Shown here one piece after another: positions 47,917 through 61,400 of a stretch of DNA of 64,000 nucleotides; the first letter of the stretch is position 1, and each line of letters opens with the position of its first letter. Under the pieces are notes generated by a model. That model did not search any database, had not been told where the DNA came from, and saw nothing but the letters and a program-made list of their open reading frames with translations. The position numbers and the translations under genes were made by a program. This DNA is from Hyphochytrium catenoides (Eukaryota > Protista > Hyphochytriomycota), in assembly GCA_900088475.1 (NCBI GenBank), contig FLMG01001021.1:1-64000 (forward strand), given 5' to 3'.

Positions 47917-49598
47917 TATCACGCCTTTAAGGAAAATTTCTTGTCTAGAGGAACCGCCACTCTAGCTTCTCGTTTCCTTCTGCTCAAGCCTCTCACAAGT
48001 ACTCCCGCGTCAGGACAGACCCCAATGTCTCTCATAGGCGGCAGGCCATGCCAAGAGCTGGCAAATCAGTTGTAGCCGCTGTCCGCCGCTGGTACTCCCA
48101 GGTTTGTCTAGTCAGACGTTTGCAAGAGCTCTCTTTGACCTTCCTTGCCTCCAGCGGTGGGATAATAATAAGGGGCGACGGACCTCCCTGGCAGCAGCCT
48201 CTGTTCTGAGGAATCAGGGAATCAGTTATGTTTGACATCCTTCTCCTACCCTGTGCTTACACTTCCCTATCTTTTTGTCATTCATGTTCACTCTTTCTCT
48301 CTTTTAGTTAAGCGTTACCCTACTACAATTCATATCTCTTGACCTATCTTTCTCGCGCAAGGTCCTCGCAATAAGGGCGGGTGCCAAAGGCAGAGCAAAA
48401 CCTTTTTGAAATCTCAACCGATATCGACGTTAACGGCCTTCCACGTATCCCCTGGCTAGCTGATAACTCAAGTCAGATCTAGCACACTGATTTTTCTGGT
48501 GGAGGTTGCAGTACCGTTTTGCTGTACAACCACACCACAGAGAAGCATCATCAGTCATCATCAGCTAGGAAAGGATCTTGCGGCTTCAGAATGGAGCATC
48601 TGGCATCTCTCTGTCTGTCTCCCGTCATCACACTCTCTCCCGCCCTGCGCTCCTCCATCCCACTTCCGATTGACGCGTTTAAAGGCTAGAGGTAGCTGGT
48701 CTTTCCATGCGCAAGTCATTGTTGGTGCCATGGGTCATCATCCTTCAATTGCTAGCGCGGCTCCAGAGGTCTGCGCTGTGTTTCCTCAGCTCGACAGAAG
48801 CTCTCATAGTCACCCTTAGGAATACTGCTGACCAGTCTCCCTGACAGGGTGGTAATGATCCTACGCTTAGAGCGTTGGTACGCTACTGCCCTCCACCGAG
48901 AGACATCCATCTGAGGACTCGTCTATAAACCCTAAATCAGTAACGTAATCCGTGTGTTCGGGCTCTCTTCCTAACTAATGCTAACATCCGAGAGGTGACT
49001 CATGCTAGACCTCTTGGCAAGTGTCTGCTGGCAGACAGAATTCTCTTACAGAGGGCCTGGCGGTTGGAATATCAAACCTTACACATCTTTGCTGCTGGTA
49101 ATTCGTACCAGTAATCACAATCTCAGCGTGAGGGACTGAGAGAAAAAGAGAGAGAGTAACAAAGCAACCCCACTTGAACTGGGGACAAACAGGAGTGCGC
49201 AAAGTCGCTGGGAGTTCTGGAAGACAATATAGCCTTGTAAGCGCTCGAATCGCTCTCCACCTTGATGACTATCAACACTCCCGATCACGCAAGACGCGGA
49301 TATGGCTGACCAACCCACTCGGTACGATACCCGCCATCCGCCTCCTCAGAACTAACCATCGGCCCTGGCATCCCTCAGGGTTATGCGCTCCGCTTCGCTC
49401 TTCATACACTTGGCCATTGTCTTATCTACCGCCCTCAGTATAACGGACGTTTTGCCCTGAATGAATAAGCGTGATAGTAACCCCTAGACCAGCGTTTTTG
49501 GATACAACAAAGGTAGAGCACTAGGCTCGACTAGGCCAAGATCCCAATATTGGCCAGCCATGAGTGAGGAACAAGGAGCAATAACGTGCAGAAGAGCT

Positions 49599-52500
49599 TC
49601 AGCTGCTGATTTTGTGACACTTCTTGAACTTCTTCCCGGATCCACATGGACATTTCTCATTGGGTCCAACCTAAAATATGCGACCTCAATACACAGAAAC
49701 ATTGGTCAGTTAGATAGAAATGTCCCCACCTTCGGAGCGACGGCCTTAGCCTTCGTGCCGAGTTCCCGCAGTGAGACTGGGCCAGAGCTCGCTCCGTTCC
49801 GCTCGTCCCTCTCTACACTTCGGCTCAGGGGTTGGCCCGCGGGCTGCCACTTTGGAAAGCTATATGAAGGCAAGCGTCCATAGACGGGCTCATCGAGTCT
49901 CATCTTCTGGAACTGCTGAGCGTAGACGTCCTCGAACGTTACCCTCCCTTTCTCCCCCATGCCTCCCATTTGCCCCCATAAGGAGCTGAGGCCTTTTAGC
50001 CCCGAGCTTTCTGGTCGGTGAAAGGAAGGTGGAACTGCTTGTGCTCCATTTGTGGACGAGGCAGGCGGAGGTGGATCCAAACCTTTTGCTTTCGCAAAGC
50101 ACTGCGAACACATCCCCTCGGTCTCTGGCCTACGAAAAGGTTGCCAAGAAACTTTGAATGTCAGACGTGATGATAAGGAATTGGGCAGAGAGGTATGCAG
50201 GACAGAGAACCAAGACCCACAAAATGGTGGGCCTAACAGGACGAATGCTGAGCGGCCGAGACCAAGAGAGATGCGCCGATAGGCAGTGTGATAGCAAGCT
50301 TAGAGCTGACCTTCCGTAAAAGCCGCAGCTATTAAGGCAAAGGGAAGGTTTGGAAGGTACGGACGAGCTAGCTAATAGCTCTCGGTTCTCTTTTGCGTCC
50401 TCTTCCTGTCTACTGGCAATTCCTAGGTTGTCATCCTCTTCAGTCGGTTTTGGCTGTTTCTTTTCTTCCCTTTTTTTCTGCCGAGCTAACCTCTTCGCTA
50501 ACTGCTTCCTTTAGAATGGAAAGACAGAGTGAGGTATGTTTTGGAGAAAGGTCAACTTTTTAGACATAAAGCGGCAAAAGGATGGGATGGACAAAGGCAG
50601 TCAAGCCACAAGGAAGCACTCAACAAGAGTGTGAGGTGATGAACGTCCTAGAGATAGGAGCATGGCTCTGACGCTACCGACGCACTCTGTAAGTTCTACA
50701 CCATCGCCAGTCCCTGAAGTAGCAGTTAAGTTTTCTCTTTGATAAAATAGCATGTAAGCCTTTTGCCGAAAGACTTCCGCCTTCGACACCGGTTCAATCT
50801 GGAACAGTGAGAAGCTATGAGGGACACAGGGAGTACGCATACATGTATACTTTCTTTCTCACTGGTGCTTTGGCCCTGTCAGACCCCAATGCTACTTTCA
50901 AACATGGCCAACACTTCCCATAAGTCTCGCACAGAGGACCCCAAGTTTTAGACCGGTCTCAGGCACTTAAAGGCCCTTCAGCACCAGAACACTCGGCATC
51001 CTTACCTTATCATCATCTATCCTATTCCAGGTCCTTTTGGAGTCTCTAACATAGCAAACATAATGGCCAAAGGAGGATGACTGAAAGAGGTCCAAATGCA
51101 CTAGTACTGCATACAGACTATAGCGGGGGCGGTCGCCGATGCCTTCAACAATACAGGAGGCAGGTAGAATGACAAAGTTAGGGTTGAGGGCAGAATGTAA
51201 CAACCAGGGACACTTTTACCATGCGACATGTACGGCCCCAAATCGAGCGTTTCCTTGAACGCTATGTCCTTATTAAGCTGGTTCGATATGAAGGAAAGCA
51301 AAAAACGACCAGGTTAGGACGTACCATTGAATAAAATAGAGAGCCAAGGCTCCTTAGCAACGTTAAGTAGAAAGGGAAAAAAGTGAAACAACAATTTTCT
51401 CTTCCTCGGTTGAGCGTCTCGCCAGCAATAGAGAAAGCAGAGAGTCGTTCAGGGTGAGAGAAAAGCACACGAGCGGACAAGAGAGGGAAGTTGAGTCAGA
51501 CTAATGTTGCAAGAAATTTTCCACACTAGTTGCCCTGTACCCCACCGACGATAATAGGACAGGGCCATCTGCAGCAGGCGTAAACAAACGGGCAAGAACC
51601 GAAAGGGCATAGAGCTCCAGACTTGAAAAGACACGATGAAGGTAACACGTCAAGGTGCATAAAAGCAGTGACGAGGTACCTTCCCATACAGTCCAGGTCG
51701 GAACCTCTTCAAGTGAACCAATAGTATATTTGAAGCTTCGCACACAGTGATCTGTTTTCTTCCCTGCACCTCCTCTCGGCATCCTGAGCACCGAAACTTG
51801 TTAGAGCGGTCCAGTACCTCTGGGCGGGTGAAAGCCTCCAGACATTCCTAGATCATCTCAGGGTTAGTGCATCCGGGAAAAGAGTACACCAAAGGCACAA
51901 TGGCATCTGCCAAACGCGATATATATCTTTTTCGCTTAGAGTTAGCGAAAGCTGGCGAAAGGCTAGGGTCATTGTAAAGAACAATTGCACGCAACAACGC
52001 CCGTTTAAGTGGCCACGCATGAGACAAGAGCTCATCGTGACCCTATAAGTCGAAAAACTGGGCGAAGTGGTATCTGATCAGTGATATAGGCTAAGCACAT
52101 AAGGGAGATGCAGAGAACAATGACTTATAGCACAACTACGCACCTCAACGCTATCCGAGACCTCTACCTCTAGGGAGAGATCTCGAAAATCTGTATATTT
52201 ACTGCTTTCATGTTGGCAGCTACTGCAGATGAGCTGGTCCTGAAGTTTTCCGTTGAAAATCTGCCAAAGAGAAGAGTAACAGGAGGAAATTAGGCACCGG
52301 ATGGGTGACAGCAAACAAGACGTAGCGAGATTGCAGCTAACTGGCACTTCTCCACATAAGACGGGTGAAGTTGGGCAGGCCGCTGGCAAGTATTACTACC
52401 TGAGAGATTGCTGATGTCTCCTGCACCTCGAGTGTGAGAGTCGGGTCTGTGCTGCTCCGCTATGGATGGAGGGAGCAAATTAGCGAAGAGCCAACGTGGA

Positions 52501-54473
52501 CCTGGGCACGTCTCTTCGATGCCTAGTCTTCCCTTGTCACTCTAGAGCCGCCAAACCTATGATTGCTCTTGCCCCTCAAATTCTCTCGCACACTTTTACA
52601 GATAAGGCGTGCGGGTGGCCTTCCGCTTTTGACACACTAGATGGGCCGTCGAGGAGCCAGGATCTACCTGCATTTCGTCTATGACATATTTAATGAACTC
52701 ATGTGCGTCCTCCTGTTCATTTGAATAGCCAGCCGTCAGCCTCCAACGCAGTAAAGAGAGTGAAGCGGCATAGGTACTATGATACTCTTTTCCTGCGCAT
52801 ACGTGTATCCAGTTATCCCTGTCTCCTCCGTCTCCTAACTGTTGAGCCTCTACTTATTTTTTTAACCTACTTCCTACTTTTGCCTTGCATACGCACCTGG
52901 GAGCCATTGACAAACTCCGAGCCTAACGATCGCAAGCAGGTTATCACAGGGCGCGCGACTATTGGCTGTTCCGCCTTTTCTGTCTGCACCAAGTAACTCA
53001 GTGTAAGGAAGACCAACGTGTCGTAGAACTCTTTTTTAAAGTGCAGTGAGCGAAACGAGGGCAACACAAGACAATGAACTGGGCATGCACCGCAAAACGG
53101 TAAGCTTAACGTCGTGCGGAAAGCAGGCTTTACCTCGGCTAGCTGAGACTAGTAGAGCAGCATAGGGCTAGTGAGGAAAAGAGAGAGATAAGTCTAACGG
53201 ACGCATACCAACTCTATTTGATACTTCATCGCCAGAAGCATGTCCTCTGTCATAGGGACTGCCTGGTTTCTCCTTTCTTTGTACTCTGACGGATCTATCT
53301 ACCTCCCAGCAAAAGACAGTTGAGAGCAGCCCAGTTGTCAGACGACCCAGACGGAAAGGCAACGAGCAGAGTGTAGTTCGCCACAATTACAACTGAGTGA
53401 AATCAACTATCCGCCCAAGTGTATGCTATTTGACATATCCAGGTGCTAGACGGCCGTCACGGGGACAGGGAGTCACCGGGAAGAGAAGGGATCAGGAAGA
53501 AGAGATTACAGATAACGAAGAGAACCGCCTTACATGGTGCTTGAGATAGCCCACCAAAGGAGCTGTATAGGTTAAGCATTGAAGGGCTGAGTTCAGGAAG
53601 CAGGTGACCCCAGTATTGACTGCAAAAGGAGGCGCCAAGTTCAGTTGACAGGAACAGAGTCATATTATGTGGTAGTACGTATTGCAGTTGCATCTGGGGT
53701 TAATATAGCCAGAAGCCTTGACATACGCGCTGCAGATCAGTGGAAGAGGATAGGGTTGAAAGAGCTTTTACGTGGAGAATAAAAGGTGATAGAGTATGAG
53801 AGATACCTAGAAGGATGCACATGAGGAGCGTTGCACCCAGCAGCACGCACCTAGACCTCCTCTAACATGAGGAACAGGCGTGTCCATGAGCTTGGAAAGT
53901 TGCGATGGTGGAAAGAGAGGATTAGCGACGGCCTTCCGCTTGTATTTGCTCTCAGGGACTTTAAGGAGGTTCTTTTTGCTCCCCCTAGGAGAGAGATTGC
54001 CTCCACCTCCTCCATCGGCTCCTCGTTGTCTGAGCTCCTTGCAAGCCACCTTGTGGCCTGGTAATCAGAGAGGAGAGATTTAGTCCTGAAGATTGGTGTC
54101 TTCCCTAAGCTTAGGCCAAGCACAATGCCAGCGCAGCCCGCATAGCGGAAAGCGGAAGAGAGGAAGATTGTCGTCTACCTAGTTCCCAGTCTTTCTTCTG
54201 ACATTGGCTCGAGCTATAGCGAGAGATGACACAGCCCAGAGGAGAACATGGTCAGATATTGGTAGGTCATCTAGAGCGACTAGAATAGCCCTGAGACCCC
54301 GGGGAGAGGCCAGCAATTAGCGAAGAGAGGGTTGGACAACGAAGAGCCAGCTCTACCGAGGTAATTTGATCTCTGTTAGCAGAGCCGTACCAGTACCAGA
54401 CCAGCTTACACTTGGAGCAGCGAGAGCTCGCTGGAGTTACGCAGCGGGCGCACAGGCCAACTTCTTGCTCCAT
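49599..54473 (-). CDS. Ubiquitin-specific protease with MYND finger, USP domain, A20-type zinc finger and C-terminal SEC-C motif
   Basis: CARC...RCSKCKLVWY|CSSQCQKKDW..HKVAC; GLVNTGVTCFLNSALQCL; QEDAHEF; YSLYAVLVH..FGHYVCYVR..W..IDDDK; AYMLFY; LCLNSCGFYG|RPETEGMCSQCF; K|VGPNEKCPCGSGKKFKKCH. Confidence 0.9.
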
Positions 54474-55496
54474 GCTCCAAGGAGAACGTAGAAGAGGAGC
54501 AGGAAGGGACTACGATTGCCGCAAGGGTGAAGAGAGGTGATCAAGCGGAAGCTCCCAGCAGACGACGCTGTTCACCTCACACTCGCGTGACTCTAGCCTC
54601 AGGTGGGACCTAGCAAGCGACTGTCCAATGACTGCAAAGCTCCAAAGAGTAGCAGCAGCAAGGGCCAACGGAGAAGAGAAATGCGTCAGGGAAGAGCTCC
54701 AACTGAAGCTCGAGAACATAGAAAATGTTAGAGGATTCGCAGTGTTGAAGCTTCCCATGCTGATTCTATATTCCATACTTATAATCACGGGATAAGAACG
54801 GTTAGAAGTCTCTTATTCCGTATCTAATAGTCGATTCTCTTCAGTTGAAGATGTGGGTGGAGAGATTGAAGAACTGTGATCAGAACAGCTGGAGATGGAG
54901 CTCCGACCGCCAATGGCCAAGTGCGCCATCGACAAACGACCAAGCAAAGCTCGTCTCCCCGTATTATGTTGCTGTCGACCAGGTTATTAACACCGCTAGT
55001 GCTGGCCCATGCTGGGGAGAGTGAAGGACAATAGGTTCTGTTGGCTAACATAAACTGGATGCATAAAGGCCCTAACTGACAGCAGGAGATGATGTACCTT
55101 CGATAGGTACTAGCCGGCTTGCCTAACTAGCTGCACCAAACTATGCTCACACATTCTCCTTAGTAAGGCTGGCATCTGCACATATTCTTCCTCCGTCATT
55201 AAGGCCTGGCAGTTCATGAAGTCTGGACGAGGTCTTCAGACAGACTCAGATTGAGGCGATATCCGGAAGCTGGCCTCGGCCCGTTATGTATTCTTCTTGA
55301 TTTTTAGGCGTGTCCTTCCCATCCTATCAGTAAAGCTTGGTGATGGCATGTGCTGGCGGGGGCGGGCGCAGTGCAAGCCGTAAATAGAGTGGCCAGTGGC
55401 AGACAGTTGAACAGCATTTTCTTGCGTGTTAATAACTTAGAAAAGGTGCCAGACTGTATGTTGGGGGAGGGGCTGTCAAGCGGAGTAGATAGTGTT

Positions 55497-58400
55497 TCAG
55501 ATCCACTTGGACTCCCCCGTAACTGGATTGTAAAGGTAACTGTGGCCCGACTCCTCATCCACTGCAGTGATCCATTCTGACCCTGAAGTGGCACCAGCAC
55601 CAGCTTCAGGTAAAGAAGGCTCATACTCAGCGCCATAGCCTTCTGCGGCGCTGTACTCAGGAGAGAAGGCTGGAAGACAACAGACAAGGAGGAAGAAGGG
55701 TGGGCAATCGGATTTAAGACTGACCGACCAAGAACCATAGATAGGGGCGGGATGAGGAGGCAGCAGTAATAGTGGGATAGTGAAGAAAGGAGTTCGCTAA
55801 TGTACCTGGCATTGCGCCCTGTTGGCCACTCGAGTCCAGATAGGGTTCTGCTCCCTGAGAAACAGTAAAGGAAACGTGAGATTCCTCCTTTAATCCTCCT
55901 TCTACAAAGGCTGGCAAGCTGATGTTCAGCACTTGTTAACTTATTAATGACGATGGAGCTGATAGGGCAGGCCCTTTGTCGAGCCCCTTCCTTCTGCGTC
56001 ATGTCAAACGTTCCTCTAGCTTGACCTTGCACATCACTTATTTATGCTACTTTATAGATCTTCTTCGCACCTGATAGTCATACCCATGGCCTTCAGCCTG
56101 GGTGGCATCCTGAGCATAGGCTGTGTCCGCCTAGATACGTAAGAAACGGAGACAAGGGAAAGAATAAAGAGTGCTGGTAACTTAGGCGGTCTCATGCGCG
56201 CACGGATAAGGCCGACAGAGCTGTACCTCCTTTTGTGGCCAGGCTTCAGGAGGGGGCTGATAGTAGGGGATAGAAGGATCATAGTCATAGCCATAGCCTT
56301 CTGCGGCTGTGTAGTCACCGAGATAAGCGGGAGGAGTCGGCTGCTGACCCTGTTGACCCAATCTATTTCCTATGGTCATTAGGAACAGAACAAACCATAC
56401 GTAAGGAGGTACGAGTCTTTGGACGAGTTGTCGATGGACGACTGAGATGTGGTGGACTTGAGCCAGAGATAGACTCCACCACAGCAAACATGAAGTAAGC
56501 TAGAAGCATCTCCTTTACAGACACATAGAGATTCGGCGAATAAAAACGCAATGAGAGATCCGAAGGCCGGGCAAGTCTTAGATAACAGAAATTATGTGTG
56601 GAGCCACAGTATTGGTCATGTAGAGGTGTGTACCATCGTCATCGACAGGCTCTGCCTCGTGCATGGCCTTCTTCCCCTTCGAATGTATGAGCTGGAAGCA
56701 GGGATCGCAGAAGGGATCATCGCACTGGGCACACCACTTCGTCGCGGCCTTCCTTTCGCATTCCACACAGCTGGAAATGAAAGGGTGAGAAGGAACGAAG
56801 TGAAAATGGCTCATGCAGAAAGAGCTAACAAATTATGCCGTGTGTAGAGCAGCAAATGGGAGATGACCGGAAAAAGGAGAGAGTTGAGACGCCAAGGGAA
56901 GAAGAGAACATGCCTGGCATCACTCACCGTCTTGGTCCAATGGCTTCGTACTCGTGCTCCTTCCTTCGGGTTGACTTGTGAAGTCTCTCAAAGCAAGAGT
57001 CGCAGAACTTATCTTCACAGCGTTTACAGTAAAAGGTCGCAACTTCCTTCTCGCACTCCACGCAGAAGCGACCTGGTAGGAAGATTGCAAGTTAGAAGGT
57101 GCATCGTGCTCATACTTCTTGATCTATTGACATCGCGTTCGTCCTCAGTACCTCTTCCTATGTCAGCTTCCTCGTCCTCATTCATGAAAGTGGAGGGATC
57201 CTCTATCACGTCCCCAGACATTAGTACCATGCTCCCGTCATGACGAACGTAGCCTTTCTGTGGTGGGAGCCACATGGCCTCGCCCGTCTGTAAGAGAGAG
57301 GCCCAAATTCATGAAAATTGTGATACATTCAGAACGCATGAGGGTCAATCAGAAAATACGGAGGCAAGAAGAGGCCTGTAACAAAGCCTTGGAGAACGAT
57401 GAGGTAAAGAGAGAGCCACAAGAAGCCAATGGCGGGGCTCAAAGAGCTGAAGCTTGGTAGAGCACAGGACCATCAATGATGGGATGACGTCTCGTAAAGA
57501 ACGTGCAATAGGAAGGAGATGATAGAAAAGGCAAACATAAGCAGCACCAAACGAAAGGAGCGAAGAGAACGGGTTAGAGTGATCTCAGCGCTTTGCAGGA
57601 GAGAGGTGAACGCCTAGAGAATGAAATGGGGGCTACCTCGGCTTTGTAGTAGAAAAACCTGTTGGCACTCTCATCGAACACTTCAGTCCATTGTCGAGCA
57701 AGCTGGATCATGTACTGAAACTTCTCACGTCGATACTCTCGCATGCGACGACGGACCTTCCAGCCACGATACATACCCTGATAGGCATAAGATACCAGAG
57801 TCCCAGAGGTGAGCCACAAGCCAAAACGTGAAGAGCTAGCAGAGTCACAGGATCGCACACATATGAACGTTACCTGAATTTTGGCGGCAGCGAGGTCTTT
57901 CTCTCTTCTATCAGCAAGGTACATGTCCCGCTTGATTTGGTAGATCACGCGACCACGGTGTCCTCGATAGACCTAAGTGGATTGTTAGCGAATAGAGCGG
58001 CTATAGGGAAGGTATAGTAGAAGAGGCTTCTTTTGCCATTGTCTCTTAGCTAAGAAGCAGTAGACAAAGTGTCATAATGCGAGAGAAAGATTTATATATA
58101 GTGCGACAAAGACCCAAAAGTTCACTAGGCAAGGATATGACCTGTGACCTAGTTAAAGGATAGGCGAAGACGAAGAACAGACCTTCTGTATCTTCAAAGC
58201 ACTTTGTTGCTCTCTCTTGATCTTCGCCCTGTACTCTATCCGTAGATCCCGACAGAGCTTTCGATCCCTACGGCCTCTGGCTAGCGCCTAGAAAGAGTGT
58301 TATTATCAGACGGAGAAGAATGCACGCTGGGACATGCCCAAGGGCCCAAGCGCAGGGAGAGGGAGAGGAGAGGAAGAGAGGAGCAGAGTAGGCAAGTGCA

Positions 58401-61400
58401 TNNNNNNNNNNNNNNNNNNNNNNNNNNNNNNNNNNNNNNNNNNNNNNNNNNNNNNNNNNNGAAAGTTTCGGAGACTTTGAGGCAAAGGAAGTGCCGCCAT
58501 GTTTGAAGAAAAATCTGAGCAGATCGAGGAGAAGCGATGCTATGAGTTATGCACACCTGGATTTTGGCCGCAGCAAGGTTCCTGTGGCGCTGCTCCTTAA
58601 GCTTGACATAGAGCTGACGTGCGAGCATGCCCCGGGCCCTTGAAGTTAAGTATGGAGATGTCGCGTAAAAATGAAGGTTACGTAGCAGAAGTGGGAGGAG
58701 GCACCGAATTAATTCAGGCTAAGAAAGAGGTGTGGAGCTTCAGAAAGGATATTGAGGGATGAAGATCAGCAACTGACGGAAAGATCTCGACTCGAAAAGG
58801 GTTAGAAATGAGTTGCTGACGTACCGTGCTTGGATCTTAGTAGCTGCCTTGTTTCGGTCCCTCTCTACCCGCAATTTGTCGGCCAATCTCCGTGCCAGCC
58901 AGACACGTGCTCTCGACTACATCGAATTGTTTGGTGCGATTCGGAAGTCAATCTCTCGTGCGAATCAGTGTTACTTAGAAGCACACTCATAGACACATAT
59001 CAAATCTATCGATACCAGAGAGCAGGATGCTAAGAAGTAAGATGCGCACGAGGGGAGCGCAGAACTAGAAAGGGGATCATGCTGGAGCCTACCTGAATAA
59101 CGATCGCCGCCTTCCTCTCTATGTTATCTCTTCTCCTCCTAGCCCTCCTCTTCTTCTCTAGAAGCTTCCTATAATACCTCTGGATCACTTGCGCTGCCTT
59201 ATTTTGGCGAATGGATGTGATCAGGAGTTTGAAACGCCGAGACTCAGCCTTGGATTTATAGAAAGCCTGGATTCGTGTCGCCGCCTAGGCAACGAGACAA
59301 TGTGAGAGTGTGAATCAAAGAGAGATAGAAGACCCGGTAAAAGCGTCATTAACAGTTATTAGGCAAGGCGTAAACGGCTCGATATGACTCTTCGGTCCAA
59401 ACACTAGTAAACTGCAAAGGAAAGCACTAGACAAGCCATCAAATCAATATACTGAACAGGGAAGTGAAATCGGGTTCAGGATCTTAGGTAATTGAAGGAG
59501 CAATTTAATAGGTAGGGAAGAAGATTGACAGGTCACGCTAAGGGGCGAATATCTTGGCAGAAAACGAAGTAGGGTACGCAGAGCAAAGTAGAGACCTTGT
59601 TCTCCCTGTCCCTCCGCTGTTGCTCCCTGATGAGCTTTGCTAAGCCGCGGGCGAAGTGACCGCTGAAAAAGCAGATTGAAGAGAGCAATAGAGTAAGTTC
59701 GAAAGAGAGAAAGAATAGATGACGCCAGATTTATGAGAGTAGGTATAGAAATATATGTTGGACAAGCAGATTGGACGGGTAAGGATGGAAGAGGAACACG
59801 AGAGGACGGTCATAGCCCACACCGGTAAGCCCTCTGAATGGACCTAGCAGCCTTTTCCATGTTTGCCAGTCGCTCCTGCTTCCTAAATTGAGACACCATC
59901 CGAGCCCAGCGACGCCAAGCAGAGCTAAGGGATTTCTACAGCCGTGTGGGAAGACGTGGGAAGACAAGAAGGGGTTAATAGAGATAAGAACAGAGACCCG
60001 CAGGAGAAGACTAAAATGAGCGGAGACAGAAGACGAAGCCTCAGCTACGAAGAGGGACTAGAAGATGCTTCTTGAAATGAAGGACAGTAAAATGGTATCG
60101 AGCACAGACAAGAGCCCGAAAGAGTAGGAACGGGGCTCAGCGGAGATGACGAGAAAAAGTCAGAATGTGCACTAGGTCGAGCAGAGATCAGAAGGACAGC
60201 CGAATGCGGAACTCAAGAGTATTCAGGGCAGGTGGTAGACTCAAGAAGGCGCTCGTATGCAGGAGTTAGTGATAGTTAGGATATAGTTGTCGGCACGACT
60301 CAGCAAAACTTACCGTCTCTTGGCTTCCAAAAATGCGTAGTAGTAGCTTAGCTCCCTTATACTGGAGGAACGCCGTCCGTTTTGCCTGTCGTTTTTCTTC
60401 TTTGATTGCATTCGTCCATCTATGGGCGACCATTAATAAAAGCAGGATGTGAGGAAGCTGAGAGAAGTAAGTGGTGCAAAAAAAGATCTGGTTTGGTCAG
60501 GCCTCAAGACTCTATCTAGAAGTATTATGAGATGATGAATGGACCTTCTTACCGAGAAAATGCCGACGTCAACAGTGAATGCGACAGCCTAAGGAGAATC
60601 CTTTCCACCTTCTGCACCCCCCACTTCTTGATGTACAGCTAAGAAGAGGCGGTCAGGACACAGGACGCAGTTTCGCGGTTTCCAGATAAGGAAGAGAGAA
60701 ACAGAGTGAAGGAAGAATAATGAGAGATCCGAGGAGGAGGAGGTCAGTCCACTTCTTCTTATCTCCCGCCAGATACCTACATCTCCTTTCTAGGTTCTCT
60801 GTCCGCCTTATTCGCGCACCCGGAATCTCCGTCTGAGTTAATATCTCTCTCCTCTCTCTAGCTACAAGTTCTTGTGCTTTCGCCACTTACTCTGGCTTTG
60901 ATATCGCTAATAGGAACTATTTTATGGACCAGCTCTATGTCTTTCTTGACCAGTTTGTTCAGGATCTGCATGGATTGCAGCGTTTCATCGAGCTCGGCCC
61001 TCAGCTCTTCTGGCTGAGCCCGCAGCCCAGACCGGAGAACTCGAGGCGTGCTCCGACCTAGCGCTATCTCTTCTATTCTTCTTTTCGATTCTGGGGGGAC
61101 AACATGCGACAGGAGCACCGAGGGCAAGACTTAAATGATCATTGCGGCGAGCGAGGAGCAGTTGTACAAAGCCATGCGGGCGAAAGGGCTCAGAAGTGAA
61201 GACTCTTTCAGCCGACGCCCTCACTTAAGATTGTTGGAGCGTGTATTCTGTCACAAGACTGCAACACTCCCACATGTCGCGAGGAGGGAGAGGAAGAAAT
61301 CCAAAGGAATTTGTAAGGAAAGCGAAGCACGGACTCGCTGCGGTGAACGAAGAGATAACTCTACCGTTATATGTCGAACCTGCATTCGTACCTATAGTTA

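Noticed and set aside
53590-53620. USP Cys box GVTC instead of GNTC as a sign of inactivity
   Set aside because: The catalytic Cys, upstream oxyanion Asn, His box and Asp are all present, and this position varies among active USPs.
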